The notes under the pieces: model-generated
Database searches by the model: none
What the model saw: only the letters and a program-made list of their open reading frames with translations
Told to the model about the DNA's origin: nothing
Virus record (IMG/VR): IMGVR_UViG_3300018036_000004
Location: 1 to 64,000 of that record
Origin: a virus
Length of the DNA: 64,000 nt
Strand: one strand, 5' to 3'
Shown: positions 19,624-29,355 of the stretch, piece by piece
How positions within the stretch are numbered: the stretch's first letter is position 1
Layout: each line of letters begins with the position of its first letter
Program-made: the position numbers and the translations under genes

Positions 19624-20256
19624 ATGTCTCATAAAATTGAAAATACTGCTAAACAATTGGAATTCTTGTTAGGAAACAAGGCAACTTTCACAGTAGAAAA
19701 CGAAGCCACTGCTACTCGTATTACTTACAGAGTAGAGTTGGTAGAACAAGCCACTCAGACTTACGATGTAATGGCCATGACAGGAAGTGACAACACTTCT
19801 AAAGGGTCTTATACACTTGTAGGACGTTTGGTTAATGGTTCTTTTGAGTTTCCTAAGACCGCTGAACATTACTTACCAAAGATTGCACAATCTAGTAATC
19901 AATGGGAAGCAGACTTTGCTAAGTCTTTAATGAAGCGTTTGAACTACGGTCCTTTGTCTGATAAACAAGTAGCCCGATTGAACATTATCTGTAGAAAGAA
20001 TGGTTATACAGTACCAAAGAGTTTGGCTACTGACTCAGTACACACAAGAACATTCAAGTGGTTGTTCGCTAAGTTAAACACTACAGGGCTTCCACAAGGT
20101 GTAAACTTCTACCATGAAGGGTTGTGCTGTAGATGTAACCTTCCCTTAACTGTTCCAGCGTCTATTATGACTGGATATGGTCCTAACTGTGCAGATGTGG
20201 TAGGTATCAAGGCTGAGTGGAAACGATTGAACAAGTCTTTTCCACCTAAGGCGTAA
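19624..20256 (+). CDS. DUF6011-like zinc-binding domain protein
   Basis: C-terminal CCRCNLPLTVPASIMTGYGPNC. Confidence 0.75.
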   Translation: MSHKIENTAKQLEFLLGNKATFTVENEATATRITYRVELVEQATQTYDVMAMTGSDNTSKGSYTLVGRLVNGSFEFPKTAEHYLPKIAQSSNQWEADFAKSLMKRLNYGPLSDKQVARLNIICRKNGYTVPKSLATDSVHTRTFKWLFAKLNTTGLPQGVNFYHEGLCCRCNLPLTVPASIMTGYGPNCADVVGIKAEWKRLNKSFPPKA

Positions 20257-20273
20257 TAATCATTAAGAATAGG

Positions 20274-20325
20274 ACTCTCCTTTACAGGGATGAGTCCTAT
20301 ATATTTATGTGGATAGGGTAACCAC
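20274..20325 (+). promoter_or_regulatory. promoter cassette copy 5
   Basis: ACTCTC-N14-GTCCTATA-N7-GTGG-N9-CCAC. Confidence 0.8.
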
Positions 20326-20364
20326 ATTAAATAATCCCTTACTTACTAACTATTGGAGACAACC

Positions 20365-20637
20365 ATGGATACAAACTACACAGGCCCTACTAAAACCTAC
20401 AAAGAGTTATTAGAGACAGCCCAACAGTTATTAGAGACAGCCCAACAGTTAGACTTTGAAGGTCACTTGTATGGTGTGGAATACGCATACAATGTGTATA
20501 CACAAGCCCAACAGTTCTTGGACTACTTATATGAGAATGGGTTTAACACAGATACCACACTTCCTATCTGTAAACACCTAATGATTAACTTAGGTTTTAG
20601 AGATCTGGTTTACGACTTACTACATACATATCCTTAA
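20365..20637 (+). CDS. hypothetical protein
   Basis: GGAG RBS; internal 21-bp tandem duplication (LLETAQQ x2). Confidence 0.6.
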   Translation: MDTNYTGPTKTYKELLETAQQLLETAQQLDFEGHLYGVEYAYNVYTQAQQFLDYLYENGFNTDTTLPICKHLMINLGFRDLVYDLLHTYP

Positions 20638-20654
20638 TACCTTGGGAGAGACGG

Positions 20655-21038
20655 ATGAAGCTTAATTATAAGTACTACATTCAGTTAGACTGTCATTATA
20701 AGACAGATAACTGTCAGACACTATACTTACCTACACCTCATGGTATAAACACAGCTTTAGGTGAATACTATGATGTTCTTACGGACTTTGTAGAACATTT
20801 AAAACAAGATGTTCTACAAGACATCCCTAATACTAAGTACGATAAGGCCCCAGAACTAAACTGTTTAGTTGTAAAAGAGGACCCTTTAGGTACACACTCA
20901 GAGTGTACCTGTATAGCTAACTATCACTGGTATAATGTGGAAGCTTACCCAGCACACCTTATGGATATAATGATTGCTAGTATGAGAGAGATACAACAGA
21001 CAGTAGCTAGAGATCCACTTTTAGCTTTACTATTATAA
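20655..21038 (+). CDS. hypothetical protein
   Basis: GGGAG RBS. Confidence 0.6.
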   Translation: MKLNYKYYIQLDCHYKTDNCQTLYLPTPHGINTALGEYYDVLTDFVEHLKQDVLQDIPNTKYDKAPELNCLVVKEDPLGTHSECTCIANYHWYNVEAYPAHLMDIMIASMREIQQTVARDPLLALLL

Positions 21039-21050
21039 AAGGAGATTAGA

Positions 21051-21482
21051 ATGCCGTACTTACATTCAGAGACACTAAACAATCTATTTCTTAAACGATT
21101 GTACGCTAAAGGAAAACTATCTATCACAGAGATGGTATCTCATTGTATAGGTAAGCGTATTAGACATACTACAGGTATGGATTATATGGATTGGGACGAG
21201 TACCTAAGGGACTACGAACACTTATACGGTTGGATCTTAACAGAACTTGTATACAGTTGGTGGTTTAAGGACGATACCTCTAACTTACCGGGTCAACAGC
21301 TTATTCCAGCTTTTAAATCCAGTGAAGAGGAATCTGTATTCGGTATGTTAATGGATGGTACTATTACTTGGGATTGTACAGAACACCAAAGGGCTGTACT
21401 TGAAGGTATTCATTGGAAGTTCGGTCCAGGTTGGAGAAACAAGTGGAAAGAGATACCTGTGTGTAAAGGAATGGACTTGTAA
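21051..21482 (+). CDS. hypothetical protein
   Basis: AAGGAG RBS. Confidence 0.6.
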   Translation: MPYLHSETLNNLFLKRLYAKGKLSITEMVSHCIGKRIRHTTGMDYMDWDEYLRDYEHLYGWILTELVYSWWFKDDTSNLPGQQLIPAFKSSEEESVFGMLMDGTITWDCTEHQRAVLEGIHWKFGPGWRNKWKEIPVCKGMDL

Positions 21483-21500
21483 AGTTTTTTAAATAAAAAC

Positions 21501-21550
21501 ACTCTCCTTTTAAATCTAGTTTCCTATATATTTATGTGGAAGGAAACCAC
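21501..21550 (+). promoter_or_regulatory. promoter cassette copy 6
   Basis: ACTCTC-N14-TTCCTATA-N7-GTGG-N7-CCAC. Confidence 0.8.
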
Positions 21551-21590
21551 GATAAAAAATAGCCCAACCTACTTACTATTGGAGAACACA

Positions 21591-21806
21591 ATGAAAATCA
21601 ATCAAGAGATAACACGACAAGTTGCAGCTAGACTTTATGAAAGTCGCGTAGGCGAGATTCGGGAATACTTTGGTGACGCTGTAGCCCTCAAGTTTTATAC
21701 CGAAGTAGAGACTCGTACAAAAAACGTAAATAACTACGCTGAAGTAGTAGTAATTATCGGTGAAGTTTTCTTTCAATTCATAAATGAGGAGTTTTCAAAT
21801 GACTAA
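21591..21806 (+). CDS. hypothetical protein
   Basis: GGAG RBS before ATG 21591. Confidence 0.6.
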   Translation: MKINQEITRQVAARLYESRVGEIREYFGDAVALKFYTEVETRTKNVNNYAEVVVIIGEVFFQFINEEFSND

Positions 21807-22086
21807 TGAAATGTTAGAACTGTTAAAGTTCGCAAACCTTACAGGAACAATGGACGAGTGTTTAGCCTTGTTCGAACAAGGCCTGTCCTGTATTGAAGTT
21901 TACAAAGCGTTGGATGCAATGTTGGAACAAGAGGTACAACAAGAAGACCCTATTCAAAAAGGTATTCAACAATGGGTTGAAGCCCAACCCATTAGCAACT
22001 TAAGAACCTTACATGATAGTATGGTTCAAATGTCTAAAGAGTTGGAACAGTTGATTCCATTACCCACACAACCAAAATCTAAATAA
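21799..22086 (+). CDS. hypothetical protein
   Basis: GAGGAG RBS before ATG 21799. Confidence 0.6.
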   Translation: MTNEMLELLKFANLTGTMDECLALFEQGLSCIEVYKALDAMLEQEVQQEDPIQKGIQQWVEAQPISNLRTLHDSMVQMSKELEQLIPLPTQPKSK

Positions 22087-22096
22087 GGAGTTTAAA

Positions 22097-22240
22097 ATGG
22101 TATTCACATATAAAGTAAAAGTTAACGATGTTCCAATGTACTTGGAGAGTATTACCCAAGACCAATATGATAACTGGTTAGACACTATGGCTTCTCTCGG
22201 TATGAAAGTCGAGTTGTTAAAGACTTGGATAGCCCCATAA
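22097..22240 (+). CDS. small hypothetical protein (47 aa), not in ORF track
   Basis: AAGGAG RBS; MVFTYKVKVNDVPMY... Confidence 0.6.
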   Translation: MVFTYKVKVNDVPMYLESITQDQYDNWLDTMASLGMKVELLKTWIAP

Positions 22241-22319
22241 GAATATAAGTAAGTAAGGTTAAGGTCACCTTGTAAAGTGTAAAAAACTTTATGTGGTGGC
22301 CTTTTTTATTGACTTTTTC

Positions 22320-22370
22320 ACTCTCTTTTAGAGGGTCACTTCCTATATATATTTGTGGAGGGAAAACCAC
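22320..22370 (+). promoter_or_regulatory. promoter cassette copy 7
   Basis: ACTCTC-N14-TTCCTATA-N7-GTGG-N8-CCAC. Confidence 0.8.
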
Positions 22371-22414
22371 ATTAAAAAAGACGACCAGTAACTTATTAGT
22401 TCAAGGGAAAAACT

Positions 22415-22771
22415 ATGACTATTACAAAAGCACATTGGAACAGTGGATTTGGTGTACAGACACCTAAACAAGTACCTACAATCGATATGGAGCGCATTAC
22501 ACAATGGCGCGCCAATGTATGGATGTCTATACATGAAGTAATCGAGGTAATGAAAGACACTTGTCCTGAGTACAATGGATTCAATGTTGAAACATTAAAA
22601 CATTACGCTGAAGACTTACAAGACTTAGAGTTTCAAATTGCTCGTGAGGGTTCTGTTACTTTATACGCTCGTGGTAAAGTTAACATGGGACACATTACAG
22701 TGTTACACCTCGGTTTAAGAGTAGACGAGTTAGATAACGACGAAACTGGTTTTAGAGCATGGTGGGATTAA
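22415..22771 (+). CDS. hypothetical protein
   Basis: AAGGG RBS; ends RAWWD. Confidence 0.65.
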   Translation: MTITKAHWNSGFGVQTPKQVPTIDMERITQWRANVWMSIHEVIEVMKDTCPEYNGFNVETLKHYAEDLQDLEFQIAREGSVTLYARGKVNMGHITVLHLGLRVDELDNDETGFRAWWD

Positions 22772-22781
22772 GGAGATTAAA

Positions 22782-23273
22782 ATGGAATATGTTCGTAAAG
22801 ACTACTTTCCTGTAAAGAACTGTAGAGTTCGAGTACGGGAAAAACAAGGTAAGGCCAAGACCCAGGTACCTGTGGGTACCGAGGGTGTGGTCTTCTGGAT
22901 TGGAGAAGACGAGTACAGACCAGGTAAGCGTATGGGCTTCAAGGATTCTGCGGGTGTTACACATTGGGTACACGAGTCCTTCTGTGACTTTTCTGGGTAC
23001 GGTTTACCTTTCGGTCAAGTCCCAGAAGATGTGGAGCAGTGGGCAGGTTACATTCTCAAAGGGGCTATAGTAGTATCTACATCTCCTAAGGATGTAACTA
23101 TTGTGTGTAGACCAGCCGTATCTGTAAAGCCTACTAAGGTTTTACCAGATTACTTGGCAGATGCTTGGTACGCGGAACCTTATAAAGGTGATGTAAGTAT
23201 ATGGAATGTTGTGGACCAAAATCGACAGACCATTTGTTTAATACCAGTCACAGTACTAGGGGAAATATTTTAA
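22782..23273 (+). CDS. hypothetical protein (SH3-like N-terminus; C-terminal module shared with 26-29 kb genes)
   Basis: VPVGTEGVVFWIG; YLADAW....VVDQNRQTICLIP. Confidence 0.6.
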   Translation: MEYVRKDYFPVKNCRVRVREKQGKAKTQVPVGTEGVVFWIGEDEYRPGKRMGFKDSAGVTHWVHESFCDFSGYGLPFGQVPEDVEQWAGYILKGAIVVSTSPKDVTIVCRPAVSVKPTKVLPDYLADAWYAEPYKGDVSIWNVVDQNRQTICLIPVTVLGEIF

Positions 23274-23283
23274 GGAGAATAAT

Positions 23284-23688
23284 ATGACACTACAAGAATA
23301 CACAACAGAATTGTTTAATGGGGATTACAATGACTTAGTATGGTTATCTAGTATGGCCTTTAAGAGTCAAAGTAATCCTGTATGGAGAAAGGTCTATAAA
23401 AGATCAGCTTTCTTTCAAACCTATAAACATGATCCTAATAAGAATACTTATAGACAAGGCTTACAATGGTATATGACAGTGGCTTGGGTCATGGGTTGGA
23501 AAGATGTGTCTGAACAAGACATTACATCTTTGTTAGACAATACCGGGTTTCTTAGAAGCCCTAACGAAGACTTCTTAGACTTATGTTTCGATAAGGCTAT
23601 GGAGTACGGAGAAAAGAATTTAATGTCTAATGTAGACATAGATGCCCAAGAAGCTGTAGATAAAGACATAGCTTCCGGTCGATTTTAA
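23284..23688 (+). CDS. hypothetical protein
   Basis: AAGGAG RBS. Confidence 0.6.
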   Translation: MTLQEYTTELFNGDYNDLVWLSSMAFKSQSNPVWRKVYKRSAFFQTYKHDPNKNTYRQGLQWYMTVAWVMGWKDVSEQDITSLLDNTGFLRSPNEDFLDLCFDKAMEYGEKNLMSNVDIDAQEAVDKDIASGRF

Positions 23689-23736
23689 CTCTCTTTTAAA
23701 CAAACCCTTCCTATATATTTATGTAGGAAGGGTTTT
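23688..23736 (+). promoter_or_regulatory. promoter cassette copy 8
   Basis: ACTCTC-N14-TTCCTATA-N7-GTAG, inside the inverted repeat AAACCCTTCCTA..TAGGAAGGGTTT. Confidence 0.7.
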
Positions 23737-23758
23737 GTAAATTATCTTTGGAGGATAT

Positions 23759-23878
23759 ATGAAAGAACTTCTTACACGATACTACCTATGGTTAGCAGGA
23801 TTACCTGTAATAGGTGGTGTAATACATATTATAGTTCACACATTTTCACACATAATGGGCATTCATGGATGTCCCTAG
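23759..23878 (+). CDS. small membrane peptide (39 aa), not in ORF track
   Basis: GGAGG RBS; MKELLTRYYLWLAGLPVIGGVIHIIVH... Confidence 0.55.
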   Translation: MKELLTRYYLWLAGLPVIGGVIHIIVHTFSHIMGIHGCP

Positions 23879-23887
23879 GAGATTACA

Positions 23888-24439
23888 ATGATTACATTTA
23901 AATATCAAAAGACTGGTAATACTGTTAACGATACTGTATACGGCAACGACTTAGTTGAATACACTATTGTTCAGCAAGACTACACACAAGTTAAACAATC
24001 TAACATTGAAGCCTTACAAGGTATTACCGAAGAAGACCTTACAAGCATTATCGAAGGCTTACAGGGTTACGACTCTAGAAAGAAAACAGCTTCCTTGGTA
24101 CCGGCTACATTAGACTTAGCTAAAGAAATAGTTGTAGGGATGTTAGTAGGTCTGAAGAAAGAAGCGGATACAGACAAGGCTCCTTTGTATGTCTTTGATG
24201 GTTGTGTAGACATTAACGATCAGGAAGTCGAAGTACGAAAGTATAATGGTACTAATGACAAGCTAATGGGTACACATATTGTTCAAGGGTATGTACAGTC
24301 TAGAACAGTATTAGTACAAGGTTTGGAAGAGCCTAAGAAAGAGAAGCGTTCCCTGATTCAGACAGTCATTAAGGATGCTATTACTTACAAGTTCTTAAAG
24401 ACACCTATCACCTTCAAGTTAGATCAGATTGTGGGGTGA
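23888..24439 (+). CDS. hypothetical protein
   Basis: AGGAG RBS. Confidence 0.65.
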   Translation: MITFKYQKTGNTVNDTVYGNDLVEYTIVQQDYTQVKQSNIEALQGITEEDLTSIIEGLQGYDSRKKTASLVPATLDLAKEIVVGMLVGLKKEADTDKAPLYVFDGCVDINDQEVEVRKYNGTNDKLMGTHIVQGYVQSRTVLVQGLEEPKKEKRSLIQTVIKDAITYKFLKTPITFKLDQIVG

Positions 24440-24442
24440 CAT

Positions 24443-24598
24443 ATGAGTGTAAGATTCAGCGACGGTGTTGAAATAGATACAAGTGGACCTCTTCGGGTGT
24501 TAAAACTCGAAGACGGTCTGTATGTAGTAGGTCAAGGTACTTTAATGGCTGTAGACAATCTACAACAAGCCTATGACTATATTAAGGCTTTTAAGTAG
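24443..24598 (+). CDS. small hypothetical protein (51 aa), not in ORF track
   Basis: GGGGTG RBS; MSVRFSDGVEIDTSGPLR...GLYVVGQG. Confidence 0.6.
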   Translation: MSVRFSDGVEIDTSGPLRVLKLEDGLYVVGQGTLMAVDNLQQAYDYIKAFK

Positions 24599-24627
24599 TT
24601 AACTACTTAAAAAAAGCTAGTTAAAAC

Positions 24628-24676
24628 AAAACCCTCTAAAGATGTTTTTAAGTCTTTAGAGGGTTTTTTATTTTTT
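24628..24676. terminator. bidirectional terminator between convergent operons
   Basis: AAAACCCTCTAAAGA..TCTTTAGAGGGTTTT with flanking A and T tracts. Confidence 0.75.
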
Positions 24677-24686
24677 AAGAGTTCTG

Positions 24687-24995
24687 TTAACAGAAGGTAT
24701 AACTTTCCTCAGTGGGTACTTTCAAGGCACACCACTTACCTACATTGTCTTGACGAATGGTAATAGAGGCTCCGTTGTCATACTCAACAACAATGTCCTT
24801 AATAATAACCATTACATCTTTATTTAGGATGTCGTCATATATAAGTTCGGACATGAACTCACTATAACAATCCACTACTTTTAGATTTTGTAGGGATTGT
24901 TGTACATGATCAATGTTTTCTTGTTTAAAGTTTCTTTCTTGTAATACTTTTACAGGATCTACGGGAGAGCTTAGTTTTGTTTTTGTTATTTTCAT
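24687..24995 (-). CDS. hypothetical protein
   Basis: AAGGT RBS before ATG 24995. Confidence 0.55.
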   Translation of the reverse strand: MKITKTKLSSPVDPVKVLQERNFKQENIDHVQQSLQNLKVVDCYSEFMSELIYDDILNKDVMVIIKDIVVEYDNGASITIRQDNVGKWCALKVPTEESYTFC

Positions 24996-25008
24996 TGTTT
25001 TACCTTGT

Positions 25009-25992
25009 TTAAAATATGACCAGATCACCAGCATTAAACTGTCGTATCTGGAAGTACTCTAGTAACTGTTGTACAGTACCTAGATCTGGATTGTCCTTTT
25101 GAATGTTTACCTCTAAGTCTTGGTTAATAACGGCTAACTTAACACATAGTTGAACCAAGTCTTGATTTTCTACTAAGTTAGCTTGAATCTTTGTAGAGTT
25201 TCTAAACTTAGGTAATGTACCTTGTACGGCTAAGTCTAAAATAGCTTCTACACTACCATGTTCTGTTAATAGGTTAGCTGCTGTCTTTTGACCACAGCTT
25301 GGACAACCCGGTATATTATCACCACTGTCACCTGCTAACCCTTTAAGCTGAGGAATCATTGTAGGGTGTACACCCCACTTAGATTGTACATCAGATAGTT
25401 TATAAACAGTATCTTTCTGTTTACCCGAACCACCGGAAACAACATGAACATTAGGGGTAACACATTGGTGTAAGTCCCCATCCCCTGTGTAAATACATAC
25501 TCGGGTATCCCTATCTTGTGTAGAAAAGGTTTTAGCTAAAGATCCCATAGCGTCATCGGCTTCCCAACCTTCAACTCGACAGTATTCCCAACCCAAAAGA
25601 CTAATCATCTTTTCTATTGTACGAAGTTGTAGAAACATTTCTTGTTTATACAATTCTTTAGAGGCGACTTCTTCCTCTGTAAGTTTATCTTTATCTAATT
25701 TACGATTACCTTTGTAATCTGGGTACATCTCTTTACGAACAGTAGCCCCACCTTCCCAACAGACAATAAGTCTACATCCTTGAGGGTCCGACCATCGACG
25801 GTAAGTAGACATTACCATATTAAGGAAACCGTAGATAGCACCAGTAGGTATAAACTTATTTCTTTTCTCGTCTATAAACCCTAAACCAGAATAAGATCCC
25901 ATAGCCCTATGTAATAGATGATTACCATCTATTAAGATAACATCATAGAGGCCAGGTGTTTTAGCGTCTATGTCGAATAGATTTAACTGCAT
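25009..25992 (-). CDS. 5'-3' exonuclease / flap endonuclease (Pol I N-terminal-like)
   Basis: LIDGNHLLHR, RKEMYPDYKGNR, EADD, TGDGD, LAGDSGDNIPG..G.KTA. Confidence 0.93.
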   Translation of the reverse strand: MQLNLFDIDAKTPGLYDVILIDGNHLLHRAMGSYSGLGFIDEKRNKFIPTGAIYGFLNMVMSTYRRWSDPQGCRLIVCWEGGATVRKEMYPDYKGNRKLDKDKLTEEEVASKELYKQEMFLQLRTIEKMISLLGWEYCRVEGWEADDAMGSLAKTFSTQDRDTRVCIYTGDGDLHQCVTPNVHVVSGGSGKQKDTVYKLSDVQSKWGVHPTMIPQLKGLAGDSGDNIPGCPSCGQKTAANLLTEHGSVEAILDLAVQGTLPKFRNSTKIQANLVENQDLVQLCVKLAVINQDLEVNIQKDNPDLGTVQQLLEYFQIRQFNAGDLVIF

Positions 25993-26015
25993 AGTTCTTC
26001 CTTTGTTTTATGTAC

Positions 26016-26486
26016 TTATAGTACAATTTTGTACACTATATCTATAGTGTGTCTTATAGATAATTCGAAACCTACTAAGGCTGGTACCATAAATAAAATG
26101 TTATCTGATTTATCTTTTACAGTTAGCTTCGTTGGGTAATAACTATCCGCTTCCATATAATAAGCTTTACTTAAAGCTTCTGGTCTATATACCCAAGTAT
26201 AATTCTGTCTGAACACAATACTGTTTAATCTGTAACCACTATACAAGTATAGGCTTACTACCTCTTGTGTTTCTTTTAAGTTGGAACACTTGTAGGTTAA
26301 CCCCATACTTGTATTGTATATAGGTATGTTCATATTAGACAGTTCACAGTACTCATACTTTTGATCGTAAATACTAATGAGTATTACCACTGTATGGTTT
26401 TCCTTTATAAGACTAAGCCTACAATAACTAAAATGTTTATTACCCAAGTCTAATAAGGTAGTGTGTATGTCTAAGAATATATCCAT
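26016..26486 (-). CDS. hypothetical protein (WGR-array family member)
   Basis: SGY...ALSKAY...VKDKSDNILFMVP. Confidence 0.55.
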   Translation of the reverse strand: MDIFLDIHTTLLDLGNKHFSYCRLSLIKENHTVVILISIYDQKYEYCELSNMNIPIYNTSMGLTYKCSNLKETQEVVSLYLYSGYRLNSIVFRQNYTWVYRPEALSKAYYMEADSYYPTKLTVKDKSDNILFMVPALVGFELSIRHTIDIVYKIVL

Positions 26487-26509
26487 AAAGATATATTCAG
26501 ATAAGTCTT

Positions 26510-26893
26510 TTATTTCTTAGCCATTAACTGTTTTACAGGTAGGTTATAGTTCTTACAGAAGTTATAAGCCTCTTCCGGGTTAAACTCTTGTATACAATAC
26601 CCATCCACATCTACTAACTCATAGTTCATTTCTCCAGAGTCTTGTTTAGAGAAACACATACGGTAAGCGTCACTTAAATGTTTAGGTAAAGCTTGTCCGA
26701 ATCCATACTCTGTAGGAAACTTACTATACTTTACTACAAAACCTTTTTGTAGTAGTTGTTGAATCACTTTAAAGTAAGCCTGTGTAGGAGGTGTATCAAA
26801 CACATGGTATCTACCATGGCTGTCTTCAATACATAAGTGAAAGTGTTTACTTGGTTGTTTTATATCTTCATATATCAAGTCTTTAAAAGTCAT
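26510..26893 (-). CDS. hypothetical protein (WGR-array family member)
   Basis: LLQKGF...HLSDAY...LVDVDG. Confidence 0.55.
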   Translation of the reverse strand: MTFKDLIYEDIKQPSKHFHLCIEDSHGRYHVFDTPPTQAYFKVIQQLLQKGFVVKYSKFPTEYGFGQALPKHLSDAYRMCFSKQDSGEMNYELVDVDGYCIQEFNPEEAYNFCKNYNLPVKQLMAKK

Positions 26894-26895
26894 AC

Positions 26896-27378
26896 TTACC
26901 TCACATCTATAAGGATAGGATACCCTAGGGCTAAGGCTTCTTGTTTAGGTAGACGGAACAAGGTTTTAAAGGAAGAGTCTTTAGCTTCAAAAGAATCCTC
27001 ACCGCCTTGTTGTATACAGAAAATCTTATCTGTTAAAGGTGTGGGGTTAACACCTACAAGAGTAAAAACCTGTATACCTGCCAAGTAGTAGCCACTATCT
27101 CTAGACATTATGTTGTTAAAGTTGTCCCCACCTTTCATATTAGACAGGTAGGTAGTGTGTTTAGAAAACTGGTCAGTGTTATCCGGCAATACTACATAAT
27201 CGGAATCCACATAAAAGTGTTCTACCTTAATAGGTACATGGTCTTGTTTACTAAGGGGTTTACTAATAGTAGTAATCCTATGTTCTTTAAAACCTGTAGG
27301 TTGTCGAAAACAAAGCCAGAAACTTGGGGTGTTGTTCCAGTTTATCCTGTACAACATATCTTTTATTTCTCTTATCAT
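26896..27378 (-). CDS. hypothetical protein (WGR-array family member)
   Basis: SGYYL..IQ...AKDSSFKTLFRLPKQEALALG. Confidence 0.6.
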   Translation of the reverse strand: MIREIKDMLYRINWNNTPSFWLCFRQPTGFKEHRITTISKPLSKQDHVPIKVEHFYVDSDYVVLPDNTDQFSKHTTYLSNMKGGDNFNNIMSRDSGYYLAGIQVFTLVGVNPTPLTDKIFCIQQGGEDSFEAKDSSFKTLFRLPKQEALALGYPILIDVR

Positions 27379-27812
27379 AACCAAGACGCCATACAAATTA
27401 AAGGAAGACCCGCCACATAGGGCATCTCCTTAGGTAAGTGAAACAAAACATTATTGTCCTGGTCAAAAGCTACAGCCACATCTAACGGACTTAGATCTAC
27501 ATAGACAGCTTTATTTACAAGTGGATGCTCTTTTCGGAACTGAGGAATCTGTAAAGCGTAGAAACCATAACCTTTCTTGAGTTTCTCCCGATACAAACTC
27601 ATAGCCTTTTCCACACCTACAGAGGTCTTCTGGGACTTTTGTGGTAGTACACCAATCATTCGACCCCAACTTACAAGTACAGTGGGACCCTTTTTACTAA
27701 ACATATAATACTTGTCACTGTTAACAGCTGGGTCTTTAAGGCGAAGCCATAAGTTCCACTGGCCAATAGGACTTGTCCAACCACATTCATTTTCAAATAT
27801 AGTTCTAATCAT
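27375..27812 (-). CDS. WGR domain protein
   Basis: NSDKYY...VLVSWGR...A.SL..EKLKKGY. Confidence 0.8.
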   Translation of the reverse strand: MIRTIFENECGWTSPIGQWNLWLRLKDPAVNSDKYYMFSKKGPTVLVSWGRMIGVLPQKSQKTSVGVEKAMSLYREKLKKGYGFYALQIPQFRKEHPLVNKAVYVDLSPLDVAVAFDQDNNVLFHLPKEMPYVAGLPLICMASWL

Positions 27813-27837
27813 ATTACCTCCTAATATAAGTATGTTT

Positions 27838-27873
27838 TATAAATGTATAGGAAGTAAAAACCTAAAAGAGAGT
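27838..27873 (-). promoter_or_regulatory. promoter cassette copy 9 (no hairpin)
   Basis: ACTCTC-N14-TTCCTATA on the minus strand. Confidence 0.7.
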
Positions 27874-28442
27874 CACTTATTTAACTTGTCCCTATTAGTG
27901 TAATACCAATCCTGTAACTCCACTGGGAAACCTAACTGGTATGTTTCTTCTATACTAGGTAGTTTGAAGACACAATCTTTATTTACATCTAATGCTGTAC
28001 AGGTATCTTTAGTCCATAATAACTTATCAACCTTTCTAGATAAAGTATCTGTTGGCTTATTGTCTGTAAGGTATTGAAAAGCGTAAGGTATATAACCTAG
28101 GTTTATACGGGATTGTAAAAACTTTACCATTTCAACTCTGTCGTCGAAGTTCCTTAGTTCAGTGATGTTAAAATCTACTTGATGTGTCGCGTGTGGGTAT
28201 TGTCCATTAAAAGCACCTCTAATCTTACTAGGTAAGGGTAGGAAAGCTACACACTCTTTATACTTAAATCCCCACTCTCCTAACATAATTAAGTGGCACC
28301 CTTTGTATGAGAAGGAACCCACCCAACGATCTTTTAATTGTGGGTCTGGATTAGGTGCTCGGAACACCAACCAAGAGTTCTGTTTACCACAAGCGTTTAA
28401 TACTTGGGATAAGTACTGCATATGTTGTAAGTGGTCTAACAT
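27873..28442 (-). CDS. hypothetical protein, paralogue of 28442
   Basis: Shares LDHL, IPY.FQYL and CVFKLPS.E.TY.LG with its neighbour. Confidence 0.7.
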   Translation of the reverse strand: MLDHLQHMQYLSQVLNACGKQNSWLVFRAPNPDPQLKDRWVGSFSYKGCHLIMLGEWGFKYKECVAFLPLPSKIRGAFNGQYPHATHQVDFNITELRNFDDRVEMVKFLQSRINLGYIPYAFQYLTDNKPTDTLSRKVDKLLWTKDTCTALDVNKDCVFKLPSIEETYQLGFPVELQDWYYTNRDKLNK

Positions 28443-29026
28443 TAGGACACCACCAAATGTTTAGTTTTGTTTTGTTGGTACCATTCTTCAAAGACTACCA
28501 TATGACCTAGCTTATAGGTAGCCTCTACACTGGGTAACTTAAACACACACTGAGCATTTTTATTTAAACCTGTAGATACATTAGGTGACCAGTTAACTTG
28601 TTCTACATTCTGTGTTAGTACATCTACAGGTCTTTTAACATTTAAGTATTGGAAGCCATAAGGAATAAAGTTATCTTGTTCATATGTGTATATACTATGT
28701 CTAAGACCAGATAAACTTTTAAAGACATAACTGTTCTTGTAGCCATAATTCCGACCCCTATTAGACAGTATGTGTTTAGGAAGAAGGTGTACAAGGTTGT
28801 AGTGAAAATGTATAGGTTGAGGTGTGTATAAGTGGTTTTCCGGCCAAGGGTAGACCTTACCCCTGAGAGACATAAAGTTATCACCATAACACAAGGCTCC
28901 ATACCATATGTCTAAACCATTATCAATGTGTTTGCGGTATAGTAGCCAATAGTGTTGTGTTCTACAACACAACGACATAGCTTCCCGTACTTGTTCCCGA
29001 ATTTCTAAGTGGTCCAGTGTTAACAT
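28442..29026 (-). CDS. hypothetical protein, paralogue of 27873
   Basis: Same shared motifs; TAATG coupling. Confidence 0.7.
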   Translation of the reverse strand: MLTLDHLEIREQVREAMSLCCRTQHYWLLYRKHIDNGLDIWYGALCYGDNFMSLRGKVYPWPENHLYTPQPIHFHYNLVHLLPKHILSNRGRNYGYKNSYVFKSLSGLRHSIYTYEQDNFIPYGFQYLNVKRPVDVLTQNVEQVNWSPNVSTGLNKNAQCVFKLPSVEATYKLGHMVVFEEWYQQNKTKHLVVS

Positions 29027-29355
29027 TATTTATTACTCCATTGTTGTTTAAACTCTTGAAGCTTTGTGTAAGCGAAAGCCAGAACATGCTTACACGCTCC
29101 AGCTTTACCATGGTCCATACAAGAACAGTTATGGTCTATTCGAGGCATACCTGCTTTACGCATTACGATTTTAAGTTCTACGGAATAATCTTTAATGAAA
29201 GCTAAACCCTCACTTTGTACATTAACATGATGTCGAATGTACTCTGAGTTATGTAAACGCTTAGGACAAGATACTTCTAATAAATTATACAAGGCCTTAG
29301 CTTTTAACATGATGTCGGTCATTGGAGGTTTAGATCCAGTAGTCATCTTCGTCAT
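29026..29355 (-). CDS. SWIM zinc finger protein
   Basis: CSC......ACKHVLA. Confidence 0.75.
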   Translation of the reverse strand: MTKMTTGSKPPMTDIMLKAKALYNLLEVSCPKRLHNSEYIRHHVNVQSEGLAFIKDYSVELKIVMRKAGMPRIDHNCSCMDHGKAGACKHVLAFAYTKLQEFKQQWSNK

